A stretch of DNA of 62,773 nucleotides, filler included, from Choristocarpus tenellus KU-1152 (taxonomy: Eukaryota; Protista; Phaeophyceae): NCBI GenBank assembly GCA_964200185.2. It is 12 parts of 12 records of this genome, joined end to end, with 100 filler letters (N's around TTAATTAATTAA, not from the genome) between each part and the next. Parts side by side here need not be neighbours in the genome. Positions count along the whole stretch, not along the records: positions 1 to 5,658 come from CAXNAD020010105.1; positions 5,759 to 9,748 come from CAXNAD020016777.1; positions 9,849 to 16,216 come from CAXNAD020008289.1; 9 more parts are not named here. One strand, 5' to 3'. Positions 1 through 10,597 of the stretch are shown here, piece after piece. The position numbers were made by a program, and so were the translations under genes. Each line of letters begins with the position of its first letter. Positions within the stretch are counted from its first letter, which is position 1. The notes under the pieces are model-generated. The model was not told the DNA's origin and did no database searches. It saw nothing but the letters and a program-made list of their open reading frames with translations.

Positions 1-2105
1 AACTTGGCGAGTGGTCGCAAAGCATGGGGTTTGTATGGAGATGCCAGTATAACTGGTTGTGGGCAGGGAGGGGTGTATAGGTTGTCAATTATCGTGAAAG
101 AAGATTTATTGAGGTGTCAAAAGTATCGTTTTCTGCCTATTTGACTGGAAGGTTCATGTTTTATTGAGGTTCATGTACACAGTACGAAGTTGTACACTAT
201 ATATATATATATATATTTTTTTTTTCTGGTGTTTTGGTATCGCCGGTAAGTTTTTTCTTGTGCATGCCAGCTCTGCATGATGTGATGCGAAGATGTGAAA
301 TGTAGTGTCGTGCAGGGATGGTCTTTGAGAAGGAACGACCTAGTCTAATTCCTGGCTCGGTTGAGATGATTGGTAGAAGGGTTAAGTGTGCGGGACTAAT
401 GATCCGTGTTGTAGCAGTCGATCGATTTGTTGTCTCCTTTTTTTGTTCTCTTTTGACACTCTCTCTCCTCTTGTTCTCTCCACTCGTTAACATTTTTTTT
501 ATTTTGTACATTCTGTGTGTGTCTATGTGTATGTATTTGATGTTGGTCGAGAGTGCGAAAAAGTTATTTTTTATTTTTCATCTGCGGTGTTGAACATAAA
601 AAATAAAAGTCAATTTTTTTTTTTGTTTGGTATAATTCATTTTTCGGTTCAGAACGTTGATTTTTTGATATTTTTTTGTGCCACGGACTTTTTTTTTCTT
701 TCCATGCACTGCACTTCAGGCTATAAGCTGTAAATATATGCCAAAGTCAGCCTTCGTTCCTTAAAAAAATAAAAAAAATATGTGGTGCTGGGTTTTTGTC
801 ACACTTAAGAGGTGTTTATGCTTATATACACGAATGAGCAGCGGGCCCTTTCCACATGTATGTTATTTTCGTGCGCACTTTTTTTACATTGGAAAATAAT
901 AAAAGAAATAAGCAGAGGGGTATACACACCCTGGGTTTAATATGTATGTATGTGTATGTATGTATGTATGTATCACGTGGGGATTTCTCCTTACCCTGGC
1001 TTTTGTTACGTACCTTGTGTGGAAAAAGCGTGAAGGTCCTGACTGTATTATCAAGTGTGGTACTTCAATATGTTTTTTTGTTGAATGGAAATGTTGAGCG
1101 TGTGAAGCATTGATCTTGGATGTGCAGAGTAGTTCTCAAGGATATTTCTCTTGTGTGTGGGTTGTGTCTTGGAAGCGCGATCTGCTCTTTTTTTTTTGTT
1201 TAAAAAAAAGAAAAAGAAAAGAGTCAAGTCTATATTGTAGCTACTGCGGTTGACTCCGGGGCAGTCGGTTCATTTCTAGGCAGGCAGGTGTACACGCTAC
1301 TGTTGGTCGACTCGATTGTATTATTTGCACACAATAATAACACGCCTCATTACCTTGATTTGGGGAGGCATCCAGCACGCAGAAGAAAAAAAAATGATTT
1401 TTTTTTTTGTCATTTTTTTTTGTCATTTTTTTCCGTCCCGTACCGGGACGCATCTGACATTTGATCGCACTAGAGATTTTGGTTGGTGCTTGTGAGAATC
1501 ATTCGCAAGTTATAAACTAAAACCATCTTATCGAGGGTAATTAACTCAAAATAACCTTTTTTTTTTTCTTTTTTTTTTCGATGTGGTGCTTGATTTTCCG
1601 ATCGACGTGTGATACGTGTGTTCATTGCGCCGGTGCAGGCACGTGCCAGGTCGACGAGTGTACAGGTTCTATCCAAAAACGAATCAATTGGAGTTTTTTT
1701 TTTTCTCTTCTCTATTTTCTGTTTCAAGTAATGATGAGGACACTGCGTTGTAGTAACTGAATTCCTTCTGAGTCACTGTGAGTGATGTCACTTTACTTTT
1801 TTTTTTTTACTTTGTGGACAGATGATCGTCAATCAATAGCTTAGCCGCCTCACTCACTCCCCATAACACCATTATTCCCCCCCTTCCTTATACCCCCTCC
1901 CTCCCCCCCCCTGCCCTCTCTCCCTCTTTTGTTTGTGACTTCTTTGCGTCCTTTCTATTCCCAAGTTTGAAACCCTCAAACCTTCCTCCTTTCTGCCTAC
2001 CCCTCCCCCCGAATTATTGAACGCATTAAAAAAAAAGTTTGTTCTTGATGTGCTTACAGATCCCAACAAAATTAAAAAGAAAACCTTGTTCTTGATGTGC
2101 TACAG

Positions 2106-3953
2106 ATCCCAACAAAATTTCTGTAACGGAATGTATCCGTTTGTCACGTGAAGTAGAAGACAAGTCTAAATTGCCGCCTTTGTGCCGAAGTTACCTAGAT
2201 TCTGGTGCTGTGGTTAAGGAGGCCTTCAAGGGCATGAGTGGCAATCAGGTGGGCAACTCCCCCTTCCACCCCCTCCCTACCCCGACCTCCACACATACAG
2301 ATGCTCTTTCACATGGCTACCAGTCCTGTCTAGGTCCAGCGAGATGATCGTTCTTTTTTTTTTGTTGATTCCAGCTTCTGCTCGCCGACTTCGTTTTGGA
2401 TACTTTTAATTGGTCATTGCTTTTTGTTTATTTTTGGTCATGACAATCGAATCATGCTGGTGTGGGAAAATCTTGTGCTGTGTGATAGAGGAGTTGTCTG
2501 ATTTTTTCTTCTTTTTCACTGTAACTGTAGCTGTAACTGTAGCTGTAACTGTAACTGTACCTGCATTGTTGTGCGTGCGATGTTAATAGTACCAGAAAAC
2601 AAACAAAAAGCAAGCTTGTATGCCCTATCTTGCTGATGAATGTGTTGCATTGTGTTACATTGTGTTACACCGACTACAAATATCAGACATACGATGTGAT
2701 TGGATTGTTTATTCAAGATACTTCTATTTTAATTCAAGTGCGGGAGTAACATCCCAGTTTTGATTTCCTCAACCCTTCCAGACGGTCAGTTGTGTATTCT
2801 GTTATCTACTGCCTAGAATCAAGTGAGCTGGGCGTGCTCACTTGGGAAGGCACCATTAACTCATTTTGTCGTAGAGGTCATACATGTTCAATATCCTTTC
2901 CTATCTTACCAGAAATTTCCTGTACTGTTCTTCTACTGGATGGTACGTGTTGAACTTTTGAAAACTGGTCCTTCTCATGAATGTGCTATTTCTTTGTAGG
3001 TTACTAAAAGTACAATAGTAGTGGCAAGGATTTCTTTTTTAATTTAGTAGTGGGGGGGGGGGGTGCCTCTGACAGTAGTTGAATTGTATATTTTTAATGG
3101 AATTGTGGCTTGAAAGGGTGCTTGAGCTCCTCGGCAATGCAGTTGTTATTATGATCAGAGTAAGAAGGAATTGAGATCGTTTTTGTGCTAGATCTTAATA
3201 TTCTGGTGTTTCTGAGGAATTGGTGGGTTGTGGGAAAGGATTGGTGGAAATGGTTGGTCTTTCCCATTTGCAGTGATTGGATCTTTTGATTTGAATAGTG
3301 ATTGAATCTTTTGATTTGAATAGGCGTCGTTTTTGTTGACACCACTTAGATCATATAGGTGAACACACCGGACATTTTGTTAACTTTATGTAATATTTTG
3401 TCTTTAGTAGGCTTTCCCGCTAGCTTTGTGACTACTGTAGTGTTGAGGAACAGTTTCATGTTCTCGTGCTCCAGGTGGAACATTCTATAATTGATGTTGA
3501 GACACTAAATTATCCTTTTCTCTTTGTAGCCTTGACTTAGCTCGAGATGCAATAGCTTTGCTGTAGTTGTGCTATGGTAGTACAGTGGCACTGGAGTAAC
3601 CTACAACAATTCACTTTTGTGAAATATCTGGATCTATATCTATCTTTGCTATTGTTGAGTTAAGTTGAGTGTATGATGGTATGCGTTGCTTTCAAACTGT
3701 GACTTGGAAATGTGAGAAAAGTTAAACAGAGATCTTCTGGAGTCTTGTCTACCCTCCCGTCGTCCTAATGTAGAAACATACCCTTTTTTGTCCTTGTCTT
3801 GTTGATCTTCTCGTCTTACAGATAGCTAGTGCAATTGCAATGAGGAAGCGTAACTCTAATGGGGGCATGACCCATGCACAGCTACAGAGGAGATGGACCT
3901 CAAATAGGAAACCCCTTCCCAAGGACCACAAGGACCAAAGAGACAAGAAGTGA
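2106..3953 (+). CDS. 3' exons of an unidentified multi-exon gene; structure only partly resolved
   Basis: Exon-like blocks with canonical sites: 2106-2248 (PNKISVTECIRLSREVEDKSKLPPLCRSYLDSGAVVKEAFKGMSGNQ), about 3424-3474 (LCDYCSVEEQFHVLVLQ), and a terminal exon from about 3822 to 3953 (IASAIAMRKRNSNGG...KDQRDKK*). Intermediate exons are ambiguous and no family was recognised. Confidence 0.4.
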
Positions 3954-4708
3954 ACAAAGGAACATATGATACTCTGGAGGGGCAATCAATACCTGCCCCT
4001 TCCACACCTCCTACTATCAATGCTGTCACCTGCAGTGCTCGTGCTGGGTGCAACCCTGAAGTTTTTGCATCTCTGCTGCAGAGAGTTGTTGGTACTTGTC
4101 ATGATACCTATACCGGTACCTATGCCGGTACTGGTACTGGTACTGGTATTGTTACCAGTACTTGGTTGCTGCTAAATCTATAGTGGTTGACTGACTGACT
4201 GTTGCTCTTCTGGTCATCCTAAGGGTGGAATGGCTTGGGTTCAAAATTTAGGAGTGGGGGATTGAAGAAGGACAGGAGTTGGTGTTGGGGGAGGTGACAT
4301 CAGTGTCTGTGTGTAGATGTTAGGAAGTGGAGAAGGGATGTATGGCCAGAAAGGTGCAGTGATGTAATTTGTGAAATGGAGGAGTGAAAGCGGAAGATAA
4401 GATGGGGTTAAAGGTTAACACTAGAGAAGATGAAGAGAGGATCATCGTATCTTAGGGTTAGGGTTGCTTCCTTTCCATTCCAGTGGCTTACAGGTTCAAG
4501 AGAACAATGAAATGCTTGTTGGTTGGGATGAAAATGTACCCGTCAAGACTATTGGCTGTTGCTTGCTGCTACGATGTTCTGTATCTCACAGTGGAATCTC
4601 AACAGAGTGCATGTAGGTTTACATATCTTGGGTTGGGTATGGGTATTGGTATGGGTTGGGGGGGTGGAGTGTAGATGTGTACTAGTAAAATAAGGTACGC
4701 GACTTTGG

Positions 4709-5294
4709 TCAGAGAGATTTCCTGGGAGGGGAGTGTGGATTGAACTTTTTGAGGTATTTGGTTGTAGACATGTCCATGACCGCACTTTGTTTGTTGAAGC
4801 TTGCTGCAAATGCCTTACAGGTGATATGAAGCTTGAGGAATGGGTCTTGCGTGTGGAGATATATTAAAAAAAGGGTATGTATTGTCTTGCTTGGCAATTC
4901 AAATGGGGACACACCAATAATGTGAATGTGACCAATGGGCTATCACTGTAAAGGCTCTTTGCATCATCCTTATCAAGTCAACCCTGATTTGTCCCTTCTT
5001 ACTCACAAGTGAAGTTGAGGGTCTCGTTTCAACAACACATTTGTCCAAGTGTTTTTGTCCGAGTATGGTGTCTGGATCACACGGACTCCTAAAGTATAGG
5101 TGGAGGATAGCAGCACAGATCCACCACAACATTGACAATTCAGATGCAAAGTATTTGTTGGATAAGAAAAAGTTGTCTCCTCTTTTTCTCTTCTTTTTTA
5201 AAGTATCACATAATTGATGTAGTGGAATGTTTGGAATGGGTTCTGCATACGGTGAGGCCTTGGGTAAATTGATGCTGCTGCTGTTCATATGCAA
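4709..5294 (-). pseudogene. Decayed pogo/Tc1-mariner-like (DDE_1) transposase remnant
   Basis: Minus-strand peptide HLDKCVVETRPSTSLVSKKGQIRVDL..RAFTV resembles the DET..P..T..KG.K.V...KR.FT segment of pogo-type DDE domains. It is broken by frameshifts and stops. Confidence 0.35.
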
Positions 5295-5309
5295 CTAATA
5301 ATGCATATG

Positions 5310-5475
5310 AGAGACTTTTCTGAATTATATGATTTTTTTTTCAAGCAATAGAGAAGCGAACACTCTGTAGTCAATCTTAGCGGTTTGTCCATGGTTATGA
5401 GGGTGAATCGCGAAAGACGAAGAAAGTGGCATAAAATGGTCAACCGTCAAAAACTGGGTACCTCTCGCTTTGGGT
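5310..5475. repeat. Solo arm of the long-TIR family seen at 25670-26265
   Basis: agtcaatctt..tgagggtgaatcgcgaaagacgaa..gggtacctctcg aligns by eye with 26105-26265 and with the reverse complement of 25670-25830. Confidence 0.65.
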
Positions 5476-5481
5476 CACATC

Positions 5482-5658
5482 GTGTCATAGTATCTTAAGA
5501 GGGGGGGAATGTTTAGCCCAGGTTGTCCATCTGGGGCTTGATGGGCTGTTGTAAAATACCCCAGTTTGATGCGAGTAGTTTTTCTCCGGATTAGGGTTAG
5601 GGCAGGGGAGTGAAAAAGGAAGGTGCAATGAGATTAAGGAAATTGCCCTTACATCCGA
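5482..5658. mobile_element. MITE of the AAAGTATCT-terminus group (variant D), cut by contig end
   Basis: gtgtcatagtatcttaagaggggggg followed by subterminal gtccatctgggg. Confidence 0.55.
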
Positions 5659-5758
5659 NNNNNNNNNNNNNNNNNNNNNNNNNNNNNNNNNNNNNNNNNN
5701 NNTTAATTAATTAANNNNNNNNNNNNNNNNNNNNNNNNNNNNNNNNNNNNNNNNNNNN
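5659..5758. other. Artificial contig spacer
   Basis: 44 N + TTAATTAATTAA + 44 N. Confidence 0.99.
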
Positions 5759-6145
5759 CTTGTACATGTGACCACTGTCATCGTTCATGAATCACAATGT
5801 GTGTGGTTGTGGGAGGGGGGGGGGGGGAACAAGCTATTTAGAAAATAACAAATTTTGGGAGAGAAGAGGGCACTATTAAAATACAGTTTTCAAGGAGTTC
5901 ATGTCAACAAGAATATGACCCTAGAGTGGTTGTTCATTATTTTTTCTGTGCTTTTTCCCACCCACACATCTTTTAAGGCTCCACAGACGCCACTTTCTAA
6001 CAAAACAACTTGGGTTGTCACTGAGAAGCGCACACCAAAATGTTTTGGTTATGTGGCTTTGTGCACGAACATGATAAGTGACAGACAGGGCATTAGAAAA
6101 TCATTGAGCTGCTTTCCCACCATGGATGGAACTTTATCGACACAC

Positions 6146-7662
6146 CTGTGTGTGACTATGATGTGGTGCGAAGGCCTTGCAAATTCTTGGATCTCATCAC
6201 AGTCCAGACGAGGAATAACACAACAACGGAACAAGCGCCTGTATTGTGCCATGCACAAGGGTTCCCCTCTTGCTGTCTTCTCCGGGCGAAGCTGTCCACT
6301 GAAAGGGAATGGGAAATAATTTACAACATAAAACAGGGGGAAATACACACTGAGAGGGTGATAATGGGCACTAGTATCCTGGAAAACAAAGAAAATAGCT
6401 GACTCAGCTCTCCCCTGATCGTTCTCTATTCTTGAGGGCTAGGGGGCTATAGATTATTCACAACTATATCTTGATAAAGCACAGCCCCCTCCCAAAAAAC
6501 ATGCCATTTGGAACTGGTCAACTTTACCATTCTCCCTTCCTCCAGGGTTACACAAACCTCTCTATCTGGTCCTTGAAGTTGAGCAAGCCAAGGGCCAGGA
6601 ACGCTGCTGTCTGCGACTGGTTAAGTGCCCTTCCCATGTGCTGGAGACGGGGCTGTTCAGCTGTTCGCCCCGTGCACCAATTTACTAGGAAGGCATTTGG
6701 TGTTCGGAGACGAAGGTAGGCATATTCCTCCCACAATTCATCCAACCAGTTGTGGTGTATGCGTGCCCTAGCTTCCAACAGCTGCATCAGCAAGGCGAAC
6801 ATGGGGAGGGGGAGAGGGTCAAGGCGTGCAGCATGTGGATGAAGAGTAGCATTCATATCACCAGCACCTGAAACAGTCAACCTAGGGTAATCTCGAGGGT
6901 AATCCAAATTACATCTCCGTGCGCCCTCTGTGTAGCCTCATCCACTGAATGGCACAAAATGCACCAGTCACGCGCAACGACGAAGCAGCTATTAAGGTGC
7001 TATGAGACATGGGTATAATGTACATGTCACGATTGCGACCAGCATCTCAACATGGAAGGCTGGGGTGAGTCACACAACCGAGGATTTCGATACACCTCTT
7101 AGAAGACCTGATAAAACTACACGTGCCCACGATCTGAAGGATAGCGGACTGCTGGTTGCAAGTCCCGAAGTCTTGAGTGTTAGTGCATAATTCACCTTTT
7201 GTAGTCTTTCTCCCTGCCCCCCTTCCAAAAATTCCTTGACCACGACATGGAAAGACTGTAGCTCCTCGTTGCTCTTTGCCAAGGGCTCGACTGTCACAAG
7301 AAGCTCCTCCTGCGACACAGATACAAGTGTTTAGACAAAGCTGTGGCCACAACAGCAATTGACCACGAGTTGGCATAACTCTAAGATAGTGGAGAAGAGG
7401 AGGCGAGAAAACCCAGAGTCATTCAAGTCACTCACCAGAGTTTGTCGAAGTGTTGGTAGAGGAAGGCGAGGGAGTTCACCTAAGAGGCAAGAGACAAGAG
7501 ACAAGAGGCAGTTCGGGGAGGAAATAAGTCAGGAGATGATGTTTTTAAAAGATCGAAGAGGCTACATCAGAAGACGCAGTAACGAGGGAGTGGAGGCAAA
7601 CCTTGGTATTTGAACGTTGTACCATGACGAGAGGGTATTCGATCATCAACCCATGTCTGCAT
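6146..7662 (-). CDS. Carnitine/choline O-acyltransferase family, 5' part (exons 7662-7602, 7479-7436, 7309-7196, 6781-6558, 6298-6146; continues off contig)
   Basis: Spliced peptide MQTW...TFKYQGELPRLPLPTLRQTLEELLVTVEPL...GERLQKLL...NWLDELWEEYAYLRLRTP...VN...PLCMAQYRRLFRCCVIP...HIIV matches the Carn_acyltransf N-terminal motifs. All introns are GT-AG with compatible phases. Confidence 0.92.
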
Positions 7663-7810
7663 GATCCTTCAATTTCTGTGTTCAATTAATATTGATAAGA
7701 GATTGATTGATCAATCGCGCGCAGGTTAACACGCAGATTTGAAATGTGACTTGGTGAGGAGGTACAGCACTAACAGGATTGTCGTTTTCCACTTTGAGGG
7801 CAGCTTCATC
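7663..7810. promoter_or_regulatory. Candidate bidirectional promoter, 148 bp between divergent start codons
   Basis: ATG of the acyltransferase (7662, -) and inferred ATG of the FHA gene (7811, +). Contains CGCGCGCA at 7716-7723. Confidence 0.55.
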
Positions 7811-9748
7811 ATGTCGGGAGGTGAACGCCGTGTGTGACCTCTCATGCCTGCCTTATCTTTCCGTAGAAACAACACATTTAACAAGGGGGTGGCAGTGCAT
7901 CCAGCTGGGTAATACAAGGGGGTTGGTTTTGTACCTATATAGATCGATTTCTCTCCCACCAACTCAGACAAGCCCAAGTTCACCATGGACTCACTTTGCA
8001 CACGTACTGAACAAGCTCCCATCCTTTCCCCCGTGCTATTGATGAGTAAGTTCTTCCATGTGCTAAGCTGGAGCTAGTAAGCAGACGGGAGCCGTTGGAC
8101 ACGGTGCCTACGGTGATTCATCTTGATAAGTGAGGACAAGGGTGGAGCATGCATTTTGATATTTTTCTGCATCCCTGCTCTCACAAATGGTATCTTCTTC
8201 CAAATTGGATGCCACCTCGCCAAATATTATTCCTCGTAATTCATTGCGTAGACTACTGCCTCCATCAAGCGGTTGTGGTGTGGAAAAGTGTGTGCCTCGT
8301 CAGAAGGTGGTGCTTTCATTTAGGTTTGCGACTCCATGGGTCCCAGACCTTGCCCAGTCAATACTCCATTACTGCATGCGAAATTACGAATTTATTCACC
8401 CCTTGCTGGCGTTGTTCACCGAACTAGACCAACATTCTCGTCCCAACAGGGACTCCGTCACCATTGGGCGAAGCCGGCATACAGTGGATGTCGTGCTAGA
8501 TCTCCGGCCTCCCACAAACACCATCTCCCGTAAACATGCTGGCATCACGAGGTTCCGGGATAGCAAAGGACAAGGGCGATTTGAAATCCTAGACCTGGTA
8601 TGGAATGCCGTTTCCCTCTTTCTCGTACACAACGGCGTGGCGTGTGTGGCGCGGGACGGAAGGGAGTAAATGTAGTGGAGTTGATGAAATGTAAGTTGCT
8701 TACCCTCTGGGCCCATTTGTTCTTCTACGTGACTCATAGGTTGCGAGTGCCCGCAAGAATTTTTTGTAACACCTCTGTACACATAACAAAGAGCATACTA
8801 CTCCACATTCGACCCTTCATTCGAGTTCCTACCCCTCGTTCCCGAAGTCCATTGTTTTGAAGTAGCAGTTCCTGATTCACATATGGGATGGTTTTTGGTT
8901 CTGTGGGACCTAACCGACCCCAGCTGATCATCCTGAAAACTTCCTGAATCCTTGTGCAGAACTCTACAAATGGCGTATTTGTAAACACCGTCAAGATCAG
9001 CAGCAGAGTCCTTGAGGATGGTGATGTTGTGCAGTTTGGTGGGGCAGCTGGAGTTCCTGTAGGGACATCTTTTACTGGTGACAACACCCATATCAGGTGT
9101 CAATGGAAGAGTGGATGCATGCCTCAATCTTGTTGGTCGCTTGTCACCCTCACTGGGAAGAATTGTATTGGATTTTCATTGCACCAAGTGTGATCTGCGT
9201 GAAGGTCAAAGGCCTGATTTGGCAAGTGCAACACCATGTTTTACTGTATAGATGAGCTGCATTCTACTGCTCTACTCCTCCTGCCCACCCCTCCATGTCC
9301 TGTCCTGAAGGGTTCCATGGAAAACTGTCGCTTGCTTATATCACCAGCTTAGGTGCCCCCTGAGATGTTGTTCCTTGAGTAGTGAGGCGGTAAGGTTGGT
9401 TTTGTTTTTTTATAGTGGATAGAGGGGTACCAAGGGGTGCAAAGAGGGACAAACTGTTTGTATTGAGCCCAGAAATATCCACTCTTCCACCAAGTGGTTA
9501 TTGCTGCTATTGTGATACACCCATTCATTCCCTTTGTATTCCATCATGCGTCACCTTCCCTGATATTTGGTGGCTTAAGACCACAAGCAGGTAGCTGTGA
9601 CGATCATTAATTCATTTTCCCCAATGCTGTTATCAAGATATTGCTTCCAGTATGGCTTAGGAGGTACCTTAAAGGAGGGGAGGGCCCGTAAGCGTCGAAG
9701 GGCTGAACACCCTGTTGCTGCTCCATGCGGACCTGCTACCCCCACCAG
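7811..9748 (+). CDS. N-terminal FHA-domain protein, 5' part (exons 7811-7820, 8051-8129, 8450-8597, 8960-9096, 9638-contig end)
   Basis: Spliced peptide ...VTIGRS..VDVVL...ISRKHA...FEILDLNSTNGVFVN....LEDGDVVQFG...RYCF carries the GR, SxxH and NG FHA motifs, followed by basic RKRRR. The first two exons are inferred from phase only. Confidence 0.88.
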
Positions 9749-9848
9749 NNNNNNNNNNNNNNNNNNNNNNNNNNNNNNNNNNNNNNNNNNNNTTAATTAA
9801 TTAANNNNNNNNNNNNNNNNNNNNNNNNNNNNNNNNNNNNNNNNNNNN
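9749..9848. other. Artificial contig spacer
   Basis: N44-TTAATTAATTAA-N44. Confidence 0.99.
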
Positions 9849-10597
9849 CTGTAATGTTACGTAGGTATTCCGAATCTTACTCTGCATCTCCTTAGAATAA
9901 TCACTTATTCTGTAAGATTAACCAATGTGTTACTAATATCGTATATAGTTCGCACTTGTCAGAACTCGAGAAACAATCTTCACACTGTATGTCTATTACA
10001 AATGTTCGTATTTCGTAACACATAAGGAGAAAATGCTCGCGCTATTCGTGTGTAACAAATGCTCAAACTTTGTTGAAATGCAAGAAGAAACGCTCACGCT
10101 ATTCGCCTGTAACATCACTGCTCGAAATATTATCTCAATCTGTGACACTTGCATCGTATTACGACTAAGTTCCCATCATGTTCCACAATCATATTTGACA
10201 TGGATATGAAGAAGCAAGCAACCCCAGCACAATGAACTATGCACAGACTGCTCAAACAGAGGAAAACCTCTCTGTTCTATCAAATATACCCCAGAGTATA
10301 TATTTGTCCTACTTCTTTCAACTAAAGTGTGATTTTTTCTTGGCATTCTTCTCGTCACTCTTCTTGCATTCAATAATTCTAAAGGTGACCCTTAGTCACA
10401 TAACCCCCATTAACTTTGGCAATATTCTATATATATATATATATATAGTAGTACATGTCTAGACAATAGGTGAATCTACGTTTGCACGATCAACAAAAAA
10501 ATACACACGTAAGACCCCCGATTAATTTACATCGAGCCGGACAAATCGTCTAAGCCTTCTCTTCTATTGTCCTTTTGACTATTTCCTCGTGTGCTAG

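Noticed and set aside
197-2069. Short ORFs in T-rich DNA
   Set aside because: Low-complexity intronic sequence (poly-T, TA and TGTA repeats) producing Phe- or Lys-rich artefact ORFs.
4452-4465. TTAGGG doublets (also near 5591, 27750 and 59098) as telomeric repeats
   Set aside because: Only about two units each; too short to separate from chance.
7985-8045. ATG 7985 exon as the first FHA exon
   Set aside because: It is phase-compatible with an acceptor at 8428, but that model skips the FHA-like first strand (AKLELV...VIHLD) at 8051-8129. Kept only as an alternative.
9850-10165. Solo LTR with internal direct repeats (gctc.cgctattcg..tgtaaca)
   Set aside because: It starts TGT but has no clean CA end, TSD or second copy in the window.
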